Made by a program: the position numbers and the translations under genes. A model generated the notes under the pieces. That model was not told where the DNA came from, searched no databases, and saw only the letters and a program-made list of their open reading frames with translations. Below are positions 9,152 to 19,740 of a DNA stretch of 63,154 nt, piece after piece (the first letter of the stretch is position 1; every line of letters begins with the position of its first letter). The stretch spans positions 1 through 63,154 of the forward strand of contig JAIUMY010000005.1 of assembly GCA_022565335.1 (NCBI GenBank), read 5' to 3'. The DNA comes from Opitutales bacterium (GTDB lineage Bacteria; Verrucomicrobiota; Verrucomicrobiia; Opitutales; T3Sed10-336).

Positions 9152-10287
9152 ACTGTACATCCCCCAAAAACCGCCAGGGAGGCCTTCTTTTTTCCCTACT
9201 CTTCATGCTTGTTTTCGGAGCCGCGATTGCCGCTGGAGTGATTTTTTTCATGCTCTACAAGGATGAGCTTTTTCCTCCCGATGAGCCAACTCCTCAAGTA
9301 GTGCAGGAACAGGAAGTACCCGCTCCAGAGCCAGAGCTCGAAGCTGAACCCGCCCCAATTGCCCCCGAACCCGATCCTGAGCCCGAGCCGGAACCTGAGC
9401 CGGAGATTGATCCGCAGGAGGCATTGATGGCCCAAGTCGCAATCATCCGGGAACCGGTGTCCCTCCGGAGCGAAGATGGGCGGACCATTGAAGTCCATAT
9501 TTTGAATCTTGAAGCTGGCGAAATAAAGGTACTTTTGGCAAACGGGCAGGAGATGAGTTTTCCGGTTACCTTGCTAAACGAGGAGTCCCAGGCCTTCGTT
9601 GAGGAACATAAGGAAGCAATCCTTTACTTGGCGGAAGAGCGCCGTCGGAAGGCGATGGAAGAGGCTCGAAGAGCCGCCGCCGCAGGACAAATCACCAGTT
9701 TGCCCCGTTTTCGTCAAGCCACTGATGATGAGCCCGCCTTACCCAACGGCGCACGCCTGAAATACGAGGAACGGGACCCAAGTTACATCGACACGGAGAT
9801 TACCTTCCGGGACGAGAACCGTGAAATGTGGCCAAATTTTGTTATAGGCCGCCCGATTGACAAAGGTTTCTTCACGATAGATCAACAAAATCCTGAATTT
9901 GAAGATATTGGTTGGAGGTTTACCAGTTGGTCCCAGTCCTCCGGCGGCCAAGAACGACGCGTCATGGGCGACCTGTCCCTTGAGGACGGGTATCCCGATT
10001 TTGAAATCAAACTTCAAGACATGGGTAACTTGACCGATGAAGATGAACGAGCTAACGGGCCCTATTACCCCGTATTGCTTTCAATGGAGTTCAACGATCA
10101 CTCGATCAAGGCTCTCGGCCGATTAACTTTTAATCAAATGGGACGCGGACCAGGCCGTGGACTGGTTACCGCAACTCTCCGCTTCAGCATTGAGGGTGCC
10201 GCCATGGGGCTATCAACAGGCACCTCTTCAGGGATGATAGATGTTGTCCTTCATTCGAATGGCAGATTGTTAAACGGCGGGGAATAG
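9148..10287 (+). CDS. Membrane-anchored protein with Pro/Glu linker and SHD1-like domain
   Basis: N-terminal TM, EPEP tract, LRSEDGRTIEV...LLNEESQAFV; ATGA overlap with the upstream gene. Confidence 0.7.
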   Translation: MNCTSPKNRQGGLLFSLLFMLVFGAAIAAGVIFFMLYKDELFPPDEPTPQVVQEQEVPAPEPELEAEPAPIAPEPDPEPEPEPEPEIDPQEALMAQVAIIREPVSLRSEDGRTIEVHILNLEAGEIKVLLANGQEMSFPVTLLNEESQAFVEEHKEAILYLAEERRRKAMEEARRAAAAGQITSLPRFRQATDDEPALPNGARLKYEERDPSYIDTEITFRDENREMWPNFVIGRPIDKGFFTIDQQNPEFEDIGWRFTSWSQSSGGQERRVMGDLSLEDGYPDFEIKLQDMGNLTDEDERANGPYYPVLLSMEFNDHSIKALGRLTFNQMGRGPGRGLVTATLRFSIEGAAMGLSTGTSSGMIDVVLHSNGRLLNGGE

Positions 10288-10512
10288 TTGCACTCTCACC
10301 CTTCGACAGGGCCGGCAAACCTTTTTGCTACTTCACAATGTCGCAAAAAAGTTAAGCGCCACCATCAGCAAAGCTGAATACGAGGTTATGGGACTAAAAG
10401 TATCGGAGAGCTAGGCCCAACCGCAAAGATTCAGCTTGCCGAATCCCGGCTCACTTTTCTGGGGTCCGGACTCTCACGGAGATAAGGAAGGATCCTGGTC
10501 TCGTATTGGGAA

Positions 10513-12693
10513 TCAGGATTCCGGATCATCCAAATCTTCCTCTGATTCGTCCGAAAATTCACTTTCGCCTTCTTCGAGTGATAAGTTGGATTCTTTCTCA
10601 GCAGCACCGGGTGCGGGCAGGTGGGAAAACGATTTTTCAATTTCCGCGATAGAATACTCTACCTTACTGGCATTATTCTTCAGGCGTTCAATTCTTTGCA
10701 ACGTGTTTTCATTCTCTTTAACCCGTTGTTCCATCAAAGGCAGCTTTCGATCCAACTCCTCACGCGCTTTCTCCAAGGCAGAGCGAATGCCTTCGCCAAA
10801 GCCTTCAATGTATTTTTTAACCATACCATCGACCGCCCGGACTGCGAGCGCTGGGAAATTCTCCTCGAGAATATTTTGCAATTGAGACAAAATAGCAGCT
10901 TTCCCAGCATCTCCAAGTTTTGAAATTTTCTTATTTGCCGTAATCGGTTGATCCCATTGCTGATCATTTCCAAAGATCCGCCGCCGGACTCTGTTTTCAG
11001 TCCGAAACAAAATCCAATCCCAGATACTTTTTCGCACCGGAATCGCATTCACCTCGAGGTTCCGTTTCCCCTCCCACGCTCCATCTGGATAGGACAACTC
11101 CGCCGCGGATGTCTCCTGACGAATCGACAATAGAGATATACCCACCTTGTCGAAGGCGCGAATCAAGTCAGGTGAAACATCTACTCCGCCCATAGCTGTG
11201 TTAGTCATTTCCTCCACCTTTTGGCGGCATTGATTGGAAAGATTTTTAAAAGATGCAGCAAAGGTAGGCTCTATTTTTTCATAGAGAAGCTCTCGTAAGC
11301 TCTCATCAGATTCAAACCAAACGGACACCAATTGATTTAATTTGTTTTCGAGCTGTTTCTTCTCTTGCCCGGAAACCTCTTCTGCCGCCGCCTTGGTTCC
11401 CCTCTGGACTTCCCCGAAGACGTTGGTCCAATCCTGCTCGTCCAGGGAACTGACCGCCGACCGTCGGGACCGTTCTTCCTTGAGTTCATATTCCAATGAT
11501 GCCTGGCGTTCATGAAAATCTTTAAGGCTTTCCGCAGAACAATTTTCACGAACTTCGGCAGTGAGAGTTTTGCCTTGCCGCAGGGAATCAAAAATAAAGT
11601 TCAAAAGATAATCGTTACTATTTAGATAATCCGTTAGATCCTGCAGAAAGTTGTCAAAGGGGACTCCTCCGGGTTTGTTCGGCTCCGGCGATTCCTCCAT
11701 TTCGCCGTTGCTCTCCACCCCATCATCGTCGTTCTGCTCTTCCTCCGTTTTTGGGGATTCATCGATCGACAAGGAATTTGACGCCGCATGTAATAGATCG
11801 ATGGGATAAATGTGTAATCTTCCTTCATCAAAGGCATTGCGCATTGGAGCACTCATTGAGAGAGAGCAAAAGGCATCGATAATTTTTTTGGGGTCCTGGC
11901 TCTCCAGACTGGGAATCAAATCACCATTCGGGCCCAAGTCCCTTTTGTTGGCATCGATGTTGACCACCAGGAAAATGCGGGAAAACAGCTTCAACAAATC
12001 ATTAAATTCGTCGAAAACCTGCTCCAAAAATAAATTGTCCGTCTTTACCACGAAAACCGCACAGGCCGCACTATCGCGAAACTCCCGGGTCATCAAGTCA
12101 TAGCCGAATTTCATCCGACTGTACAAACCCGGGGTGTCCACCAGGACCGTGTATGACCCTTCGAGATTTTTCGCGGGCAAGCCAATATCAATTCGTCGAA
12201 TAGCCTCTGGATAGTGGATGCCTGGATCGAACGTTTCCCCACCCTCTTCGATTTTGCGAATATGTGAAGCTAAATGAGCATGATGGTCCGCGATAGCCTT
12301 ACGCATAGTGCTGTTATCGGGAAAGTTTTCCGTTTCCCCGCTAAACTTTTTGGCCACAATGCGCGTCTCGTTATGGTGCCTCACGTGAACCAGGCAGGGA
12401 TAGGCCGGGAGCGAAGTTACTTCACTCACGTAAGCCGCACTGATCGCATTCATTAAAGTGCTTTTTCCACTCTTTAGGGGTCCGAAAATAATTACAAAGG
12501 CTTCCTGATCTTCTACTTTGTCTAAAAGAGTCTTCAACCTGTGGTGCGTGTCCGAAAACCCTGAGATTGAACGCTTCAGGGCGTCAGCATCTTGCTTTTC
12601 ACGGATTTCCGCCAAGCTCTCGCGAAGCGTGGCATCAAAGGGACGGAGAATTTTGGCGTATTCTTGGCAGAATTGAGAGATTTCGGTTTTCAT
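10513..12693 (-). CDS. Bacterial dynamin-like GTPase
   Basis: G1 GPLKSGKSTLMNA, G3 LVDTPG, long helical C-terminal stalk. Confidence 0.8.
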   Translation of the reverse strand: MKTEISQFCQEYAKILRPFDATLRESLAEIREKQDADALKRSISGFSDTHHRLKTLLDKVEDQEAFVIIFGPLKSGKSTLMNAISAAYVSEVTSLPAYPCLVHVRHHNETRIVAKKFSGETENFPDNSTMRKAIADHHAHLASHIRKIEEGGETFDPGIHYPEAIRRIDIGLPAKNLEGSYTVLVDTPGLYSRMKFGYDLMTREFRDSAACAVFVVKTDNLFLEQVFDEFNDLLKLFSRIFLVVNIDANKRDLGPNGDLIPSLESQDPKKIIDAFCSLSMSAPMRNAFDEGRLHIYPIDLLHAASNSLSIDESPKTEEEQNDDDGVESNGEMEESPEPNKPGGVPFDNFLQDLTDYLNSNDYLLNFIFDSLRQGKTLTAEVRENCSAESLKDFHERQASLEYELKEERSRRSAVSSLDEQDWTNVFGEVQRGTKAAAEEVSGQEKKQLENKLNQLVSVWFESDESLRELLYEKIEPTFAASFKNLSNQCRQKVEEMTNTAMGGVDVSPDLIRAFDKVGISLLSIRQETSAAELSYPDGAWEGKRNLEVNAIPVRKSIWDWILFRTENRVRRRIFGNDQQWDQPITANKKISKLGDAGKAAILSQLQNILEENFPALAVRAVDGMVKKYIEGFGEGIRSALEKAREELDRKLPLMEQRVKENENTLQRIERLKNNASKVEYSIAEIEKSFSHLPAPGAAEKESNLSLEEGESEFSDESEEDLDDPES

Positions 12694-12822
12694 AGAAAGT
12701 AAGCTTTGGTTTCAAGGAATGGTTCTATTCTTAGGAAAGACCTCGGAGCAGAGATGTTCAATCTCCAATCATAATTTTAGGGAACCACATTCGGGAAGAG
12801 GCATTTAGAGCAGATTCCATTC

Positions 12823-14463
12823 TCAATCTGCGAGTAAAGGGACAAAGGAGAAGGAACGACCATCAAAAAGGCCCCGGTCGCTGAGCTTAAGGTCAGGAAT
12901 GACGAGCAAGGCCATAAAGGATAAGGTCATAAAGGGCGCTCGGAGAGGACTTCCCAAACGGTGGGCCAGTTGCTCAACTTTCTGATAATCCCTCACCGCA
13001 CCAAAAGCATCCCGGTGACTCATCAGGCCCGCTACCGGCAAGGGGAAGAAGGCCTCTTCGTTTCCCGCATCACAAGCCGCCAAACCACCTCCGTGCTGGC
13101 GAAGAGTTTCTATCGCTTGCAACAGCGACTCGTCATCTACCCCCACCGCAAGAATATTGTGGGAATCGTGCCCTACCGAGGACGCGATCGCTCCGCGTTG
13201 GAGGCCAAACCCTTTGACCAAAGCGACCGCGGGCTTGGCTGGCGCGTAGCGATTATGAACAACCAACTTCAAAAGATCCCTCGCCGAATCAGCCACGATT
13301 TCCTTTGCCCGAACCGCGGGCCGATAAAATTGCTCCCGCGTGACCAATTGGTTTTCCAGAGCCTCTATCACCCGCACTTGCGGGGGCGCTTCCTGGGTAA
13401 AGGTGATGGCTAAATCGGCTTTCCCGACTTCGGCCGCGGCAAATCGGTTAACTGGTTCTTCCTTCACCGAAGGCAAAAGGGATTGCCCCTTTTCAGCGAC
13501 AACCTCACCCCCAAGAATGGTTCGCTGAACATCGAAGGAAACCAGATCGGTCAGTTCAACAAAATCCGCCGGATCACCCTCCCTCAAAAGTCCTACCGGC
13601 AAACCATAGTGTTCAACCGCCTGCACCGAAGCTACCCGCAAAGCAACCAGAGGGTCAACTCCTCCGGCTACCGCCCGTACTACCAGGCGGTTGATATGCC
13701 CCAACTCGAGATTGTCGAGATGCATGTCATCGGTGCAAAATAAACAATCCTCTGGGAATTCTCGCAAGAGCGGCAAAAGCTCATCAAAATTTTTCGCGGC
13801 GGAGCCTTCCCGAATAACGATTTTCATCCCTTTCTCCCTTTTTTCCAAGGCTTCCTCGAGAGTAAAGCATTCGTGATCATTCCGGATTCCAGCCTCAATG
13901 TAACGCTGCAACCCCTGGCCCCGCAGGCCGGGGGCATGCCCATCGACCGGTTTGCCGTACTGACGCGCCAAACGGAGCTTCTCAAGAACCTCCGCGTCGC
14001 CGTTGATCACGCCGGGGAAATTCATCACCTCGCTCAGATAAAGGATCTGGTCCTTTTGCAGGAGTTGCTCTATTTCTGCCACCCCAAGGGAGGCTCCGGC
14101 CGTTTCAAATGGGGTTGCCGGGACGCAGGAGGGCGCCCCGAAGAAGATTTTCAAAGGGGTTTTCGCCGCATTACGCAACATAAACTCAACTCCCTCTAAA
14201 CCAAGAACATTGGCAATCTCATGAGGATCCGAGACCGTAGCCACCGTCCCGTGGAGCACCGCCAGACGGGCAAATTCAGTGGGAATCAACAACGAACTTT
14301 CCACATGCACATGAGCATCCACAAAGCCCGGAGATAAATAGGTGGAGAAAGTCTCATCGACCTCCCTGATCGAGGCGATACATCCCTCCCGAACGGCAAC
14401 TTCCGCGGGGAAGATCCGGCGATTCTCCAAATCAACCAGATTCCCTTGGAAAATCTTTTCCAT
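12823..14463 (-). CDS. ade: Adenine deaminase
   Basis: DAHVHVESS, DPHEIANV, DGHAP, REGS, TDD, SSVGHDSHN, PFMTLSFMALLVIP. Confidence 0.93.
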   Translation of the reverse strand: MEKIFQGNLVDLENRRIFPAEVAVREGCIASIREVDETFSTYLSPGFVDAHVHVESSLLIPTEFARLAVLHGTVATVSDPHEIANVLGLEGVEFMLRNAAKTPLKIFFGAPSCVPATPFETAGASLGVAEIEQLLQKDQILYLSEVMNFPGVINGDAEVLEKLRLARQYGKPVDGHAPGLRGQGLQRYIEAGIRNDHECFTLEEALEKREKGMKIVIREGSAAKNFDELLPLLREFPEDCLFCTDDMHLDNLELGHINRLVVRAVAGGVDPLVALRVASVQAVEHYGLPVGLLREGDPADFVELTDLVSFDVQRTILGGEVVAEKGQSLLPSVKEEPVNRFAAAEVGKADLAITFTQEAPPQVRVIEALENQLVTREQFYRPAVRAKEIVADSARDLLKLVVHNRYAPAKPAVALVKGFGLQRGAIASSVGHDSHNILAVGVDDESLLQAIETLRQHGGGLAACDAGNEEAFFPLPVAGLMSHRDAFGAVRDYQKVEQLAHRLGSPLRAPFMTLSFMALLVIPDLKLSDRGLFDGRSFSFVPLLAD

Positions 14464-14477
14464 CCCTTCGCTGGAAA

Positions 14478-15197
14478 TCAGTCAACGATCTCCAGTAACT
14501 CGACGTCAAAAATCAATAAGGACCCAGCGGGGATTCCAGGAATATCCTGAAATCCATAACCCAAGTGAGGAGGCACATAAAGGGTGGCCTCAGAGCCCAC
14601 CGACAGTTGCTGCAGACCTTCGCGGAAACCATCAATGACTCCCGCCAGAGGGAATTCCGCTGGTTCACCCCGCTGGTGAGAACTGTCAAAAACTTCCCCC
14701 GTAATGAGGGTCCCCTCATAGTGGATTCGAACCGTATCCTCCACCGTTGGCGTCGGTCCATCGCCCTCTTCGGCGATCCGGTAACGCAGCCCACTCTCCA
14801 AGGCAACCACGCCTTCTTCTTCGTCAAGTTCAGCAAAAAATTCCTGGTACTGTTCTTTAGAGATTTCCTCGGCCCGGGCCATAGCTTCCTGCTGACGCGT
14901 TTGCATAAAAACCTGCAAAGCCATATTCATTTCATCCAAATCGTAGGGCAGTTCCTCTTGCAGAATCGCGGTCCGCATTCCCTTCAATAATTGTTCGGCC
15001 TCCGCTTCGTTAAATTCAAAACTCCCCAACCCCAGTTGCTGCCCGGCCAAATAGCCAAGGGCTTCGAGAATTTCATCTTCCGAAAAAACATCATCGGAAT
15101 CCAACATTCCGGGCAGCGGTATTTGGTCTGCGGAAAGAGTTAGGGCGCCGGCCATTAGACCGGAAGAGAGAAAGGCAGTGAACTTATTCATGGTCAA
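14478..15197 (-). CDS. FKBP-type peptidyl-prolyl isomerase (FkpA/Mip-like)
   Basis: SGLRY, HYEGTLITGEVFDSS, VIDGFREGL, LGYG, LIFDVELL. Confidence 0.92.
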   Translation of the reverse strand: MTMNKFTAFLSSGLMAGALTLSADQIPLPGMLDSDDVFSEDEILEALGYLAGQQLGLGSFEFNEAEAEQLLKGMRTAILQEELPYDLDEMNMALQVFMQTRQQEAMARAEEISKEQYQEFFAELDEEEGVVALESGLRYRIAEEGDGPTPTVEDTVRIHYEGTLITGEVFDSSHQRGEPAEFPLAGVIDGFREGLQQLSVGSEATLYVPPHLGYGFQDIPGIPAGSLLIFDVELLEIVD

Positions 15198-15354
15198 AAA
15201 GGTATTTTAAAAGGTCAGAATGTAAACAGACAACAAAAGAGTTTCAAAAGTTCACCCTTTTGGCGAGGAAAAGCTTGTTTTTTCGGCATACCCGGTTGCC
15301 GTAAAAATACCCATGGACAAAAAACGATAAGCTCTGCCCCGGGAGCAGAATCGC

Positions 15355-17991
15355 TCATTTCAGCAGTTTGCGGACTAAAACAAGTCCGGTGCCCAGAGAG
15401 ACCACCATTCCCGCCAAGAGCAATCCTGCGGAAAACAGAGCGATTTCCCCGACCGGAACCGCCCACAAAAGGGTCCACCCAAAGGATTGTTTATTGATCA
15501 CCTCAATCAACAACCACCCCAAACCAAAACTAAAAAGCAGCCCGCCACTCAGTCCGACAATCGTAATCCCTGTTCCCTCAATCGCCGCATTACTGGCAAT
15601 TTCGCCGCTGGTTAGGCCCAAGTTGCGCAGAATTTTCAATTCTTGCACGGCCTCCCGGAATATGGCTACAAGCGTTAGGGCCAAACCTAACAGGGCGACC
15701 AGAAGGGCTATAAATTTCAAAGCATGGGTGATTCCGAAGGTTTGCCGAAAAATCCCCTTAGCGGTCTCCCGTAAGGCCTCGTTGCTACGAAACGCCAATC
15801 CGGGAAATTCTCCGGACCATTTTTCCGCCAAAAGCTCGGGATCCTCCCCTTCCCGCAAAAACAGGGTTAGATTGGTTAAATTCTCCTCGCCCAGCCATTG
15901 GGAAAGCCACCGGCGGTCCACCAGCAGGGCTCCTTGCTCGTTTCCATATTCCGCTTGAATCCCTTTGATCACCACCGATTGCTGACCTTCCTGAGAGGGC
16001 ACTTCAAGAACATCGCCCACTCCAACCCGGAAGCGCTCGGCAAAGGCCTCGTTACTAATCGCCGGAACCAAGCCTTCAGGGGTTCGTTTCAACCAATCCA
16101 CCTCTCCACGGGGTCGCTCAATCCACAAAGGGGTTTGCCATTCATCAAGCAGCGTTAAATCGGAGCTGGTCAAAAAAGTGGTGGTCCCTTCGATCTGAAT
16201 TCGCACGGAGCGGAATGGATCAGCAGCCACAACTTCCGGCCTGTTCGCCAGCGAACGCCACCTCTCAGAGGATATAAAATGATCGCTTTCCGGGCCCTGA
16301 GCACCAAGTGCGTTAATGTAAAGATCCGCGCGGAAACGATGCTCCAACCATCGTTCCACCGTATGCTCAAAACTTCCCACCAGAAGAGTCATCCCTCCGG
16401 CCATACTTACGGCAATGAATAAACCAGCCGCCGCCAAACGGTGACGTGTGGTAGCCCTGTGCAAACGGGAAACCCCTGGACGGAGAACCGGCTTCCATCG
16501 AGTCACCAAATCCCTTCCCCAGCGCCCCAGAGGAGGAAATAGCGTTCCGATCAAAAAGGTTCCTCCAATCAACCAGAGAAAAGCGGTAAGGTACCCGCCC
16601 GCCGGGAAACGGGCCCCTCCATCAAGCACCAAGGGCGGAAAAAAGGTCAGCAAATAGCCTACTCCCACCATAAGTAAACCGGGCCAGGGGCGCCGCAACA
16701 GAGCCAGCCCCGGAGCCTTGTTTCCTTGCATTAGAACTTGCGCCGCAGGCGTTCGCAAAGCATCCCGCAAAGGAATTAACCCGGCCACCAGACTCGCCCC
16801 CACCCCAAGCAAAAAACCACTCAGAATATCAGCTCCGGTCCATTGCACCCGATAGGTCCCCCCACCTTGATATAAGGTGTTGATCGTTTGTCCCACGGCA
16901 CCCACCGTGAGCTGTGCCAGCAATCCTCCCAGCAAGACGCCCAAAGCACTCCCGACCAACCCAAGCAATAAAATCTCCCCCAACCACATTTTACGAAGAT
17001 CACCATCAGTCATCCCCAGCGAGCGTAGTATCCCGATTTCCAAACGCCGCCGGACCACCACCGCATCGAGAGCCTGGGAAATCAGAAAAATCCCGGTTAA
17101 GAGCGCAATAAGCGATAAAATGGTCAAATTCAGACGGAAGGCCGCCGTCATCGAAGCGGTCTCGTTTTCCCGGAATTCCGGAGGACGATACACCCAGGCA
17201 AGGTCATCCCCGGACAACACCCCCGCAAGCCGTTCCTGCCCTTGTAAGGTTAGATGTTCCGCCCCTTGCCAAACCAAATCGATCCGCGACAAGAATTCCT
17301 TCTGCCCGAGCAACCGCATCAACCCGGAAATATCCATGACCATTACATTTTCGGGAGCCGACACTTCCGCCCGTTGTTCCGGGAGGATCCCGGCGATCCT
17401 GAGATCATGATGCTGGTCACGGATCAATAAGGAAATCTCGCTACCGGGATTTTTGTCCAGCCGCCGGGCCAAGGCGCCGGAGATAAATACCTCGGGCGCG
17501 CCGCGCAACCTTTCCCGAAAAACCCCTTCCTCCTCCCCTTCCCCGGGACCGGAGAGAATACGTTCCCCATCGGGAGCGCGCGGATTCAAATTTTGGATAC
17601 CGAGAAGGTCCAACCCTAATAACCGCATTGTCGGGGCGCGCCCGAATTGCCCCTCAACCGCATCCAAGTCTCGTTGCGCCACCGCTGTAGTTTCGAGGAT
17701 TGGGATAGCGTGAACGGCTTTGGGACCCAGTTTTTGTCGCACCTCGCGAAGAGCCTCCAGCGGTAAATTCCCCGACAAGGGTTCAATGGACCCGTCCACT
17801 TGGCCGCGAACGGCTACCGCGAAATCACCAAAGCTCTCCACTGCCGCCCGATTGGCCAGACGGATGGACAGGTACGTCGCTACCCCCAAAGCCAAAATAA
17901 ACAATAACAAAAGAGTTTGCCAGGGGGTTCGACGCCAATGCCGAAGGGTAAAAAGCGTCCATTGACGAACTAAGCCGGGTCCACCCTTCAT
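15355..17991 (-). CDS. ABC transporter permease with two FtsX/MacB-type domains
   Basis: RRRLEIGILRSLG and ELKILRNLG repeats with many TM helices; start overlaps the ATPase stop. Confidence 0.88.
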   Translation of the reverse strand: MKGGPGLVRQWTLFTLRHWRRTPWQTLLLLFILALGVATYLSIRLANRAAVESFGDFAVAVRGQVDGSIEPLSGNLPLEALREVRQKLGPKAVHAIPILETTAVAQRDLDAVEGQFGRAPTMRLLGLDLLGIQNLNPRAPDGERILSGPGEGEEEGVFRERLRGAPEVFISGALARRLDKNPGSEISLLIRDQHHDLRIAGILPEQRAEVSAPENVMVMDISGLMRLLGQKEFLSRIDLVWQGAEHLTLQGQERLAGVLSGDDLAWVYRPPEFRENETASMTAAFRLNLTILSLIALLTGIFLISQALDAVVVRRRLEIGILRSLGMTDGDLRKMWLGEILLLGLVGSALGVLLGGLLAQLTVGAVGQTINTLYQGGGTYRVQWTGADILSGFLLGVGASLVAGLIPLRDALRTPAAQVLMQGNKAPGLALLRRPWPGLLMVGVGYLLTFFPPLVLDGGARFPAGGYLTAFLWLIGGTFLIGTLFPPLGRWGRDLVTRWKPVLRPGVSRLHRATTRHRLAAAGLFIAVSMAGGMTLLVGSFEHTVERWLEHRFRADLYINALGAQGPESDHFISSERWRSLANRPEVVAADPFRSVRIQIEGTTTFLTSSDLTLLDEWQTPLWIERPRGEVDWLKRTPEGLVPAISNEAFAERFRVGVGDVLEVPSQEGQQSVVIKGIQAEYGNEQGALLVDRRWLSQWLGEENLTNLTLFLREGEDPELLAEKWSGEFPGLAFRSNEALRETAKGIFRQTFGITHALKFIALLVALLGLALTLVAIFREAVQELKILRNLGLTSGEIASNAAIEGTGITIVGLSGGLLFSFGLGWLLIEVINKQSFGWTLLWAVPVGEIALFSAGLLLAGMVVSLGTGLVLVRKLLK

Positions 17992-18710
17992 CCAGCCGTT
18001 TCCTCCTCTTTCCTTTCTTCCTCCGGCGGCCCGGCCAAAACACCATCCTCCAGACGCAAAATCCGGTGACAAATCCTGGTTGACCGCTCGTCATGCGTCA
18101 CCATGACCATCGCTACCGCGTGTTTCTCCGAAAGTTGTTCCATTAGGTTTAACACCGCATCACCTGTTTTCCGATCCAGATTACCGGTGGGCTCATCGGC
18201 CAGAAGCAAGGGCGGTCCAACCGCCAGGGCACGCGCTACCGCCACCCGTTGCTGTTCGCCGCCACTCAAGGTCTCCGGGTAAGCCCCCGCCCGATGGCCA
18301 ATTTGGACCTCCTCCAACAACTCCCCTACTCTCTCCCGAATCTTTTCTTGGGACCATCCCGCCAACTCCATCGGGAAACCTATATTTTCTTTTACCGTGA
18401 GCGTTGGTAAAAGATGAAAGAACTGAAAGACGGTACCAATTGTACGGCGACGCAAACCCGCCAGTTCGTCCGCCGAAAGCGTAGCTAAATTGTTACCCGA
18501 TAAAAGAATCTCACCCTGATCAGGTTTCTCTATCCCCCCCAAACAGTTGAGTACCGTTGATTTTCCCGACCCGGAGGGACCCATCAGGGCGATTCGTTCC
18601 CCCTTGGCAACCGTAAAGTCCAATCCCCGAAGAACCACCGTTTCCCCGAAAATCTTGCGTAAACCACGGACGTCGAGAAGGGTTTGGGATTTCTGATTTT
18701 GAAGGCTCAT
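17988..18710 (-). CDS. ABC transporter ATP-binding protein (LolD/MacB type)
   Basis: [30 protein letters not shown]. Confidence 0.93.
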   Translation of the reverse strand: MSLQNQKSQTLLDVRGLRKIFGETVVLRGLDFTVAKGERIALMGPSGSGKSTVLNCLGGIEKPDQGEILLSGNNLATLSADELAGLRRRTIGTVFQFFHLLPTLTVKENIGFPMELAGWSQEKIRERVGELLEEVQIGHRAGAYPETLSGGEQQRVAVARALAVGPPLLLADEPTGNLDRKTGDAVLNLMEQLSEKHAVAMVMVTHDERSTRICHRILRLEDGVLAGPPEEERKEEETAG

Positions 18711-18813
18711 GTTGTAAGTTGCTTTAGCTCGCTTCAAAAGCAAGCCATGGTCGAGACCTTTTCAATTTTGACCGGAAACCTATCTGCCCTAATCAACCAA
18801 ACTGGGAACGTTT

Positions 18814-19740
18814 TCACTCTTTATCCGTCAGGGCTTTTTCACAGGCGGTTCGCATAGGAGCTACCGGAACCGGTTCCCCGGTCCAAATTTCCAAGGCCTT
18901 GACCCCCTGCCAAACCAACATCGCCATCCCGTTGGCAGCGGGAATCCCCGCCTCCAGGGCCGCCTGCATGAGCAAGGTCTCTGGTGGACTATAGATCATG
19001 TCATAGATTCCACGACAGGCTGAAAGTTTTCTCGGATCGATCGGCAAGGGATCCTTCACTTGCATCCCCACCGAGGTTGAATTTACCACGAGAGCCCCAG
19101 CCGGGAGGCCTTCGTAAGGGATGTTTTTCAACGAAAAAGTACGTATTCTAGTCTGCGGAGACCACTCTCTCAAGGCTCCTACCAAAGCTTGCAAACGTTC
19201 CTGATTGCGATTGCCAATCCACAAATCGCTCGCCCCTTGCTCCAAACATTGCGCCGCCGCCGCCCTCGCCGCTCCCCCCGCTCCCAGTAAAATCACCGGA
19301 CATTCGGTGAGCGATAGCCCCAGCGTTTCCACCACCGCTTTTTGTAAGCCAAACCCATCCGTGTTGTCGCCAGTGTAGATGTCTCCCTTACGTTTCAATG
19401 TATTAACCGCCCCCTTTCGGCGGGCTCCACCAGTCACTTCGGAAAGAGCCGGCAATACAACCGTTTTATGAGGAATGGTACAATTTAACCCGAGAAACCC
19501 CTTTTCCGCAAATAAAGGCAAACTCTCAATCAGCTTTTCCGGGGGAACTTCAAACTTGTAATATGCCCATTCCCGGTATTGGGGATTTTTACGCGACATC
19601 TCTTGCAGCGCGGCATTGTGCATGGGTGGACTGACCGAATGTTTAACGGGATAGCCGAGCACCGCCAGGGGCGAAGGCCCGAAGTCCATCTTACCCAAAT
19701 CACTTACCTGGTATACTTGCGCCGAATCAGGGTTGGGCAT
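18814..19740 (-). CDS. aroE: Shikimate dehydrogenase
   Basis: HSVSPPMHN, NCTIPHK, AVNT, NTDG, GAGGAARA, DMIY. Confidence 0.92.
   Translation of the reverse strand: MPNPDSAQVYQVSDLGKMDFGPSPLAVLGYPVKHSVSPPMHNAALQEMSRKNPQYREWAYYKFEVPPEKLIESLPLFAEKGFLGLNCTIPHKTVVLPALSEVTGGARRKGAVNTLKRKGDIYTGDNTDGFGLQKAVVETLGLSLTECPVILLGAGGAARAAAAQCLEQGASDLWIGNRNQERLQALVGALREWSPQTRIRTFSLKNIPYEGLPAGALVVNSTSVGMQVKDPLPIDPRKLSACRGIYDMIYSPPETLLMQAALEAGIPAANGMAMLVWQGVKALEIWTGEPVPVAPMRTACEKALTDKE

Noticed and set aside
9310-9410. DNA tandem repeat
   Set aside because: Explained by the Pro/Glu protein linker, with varied synonymous codons.
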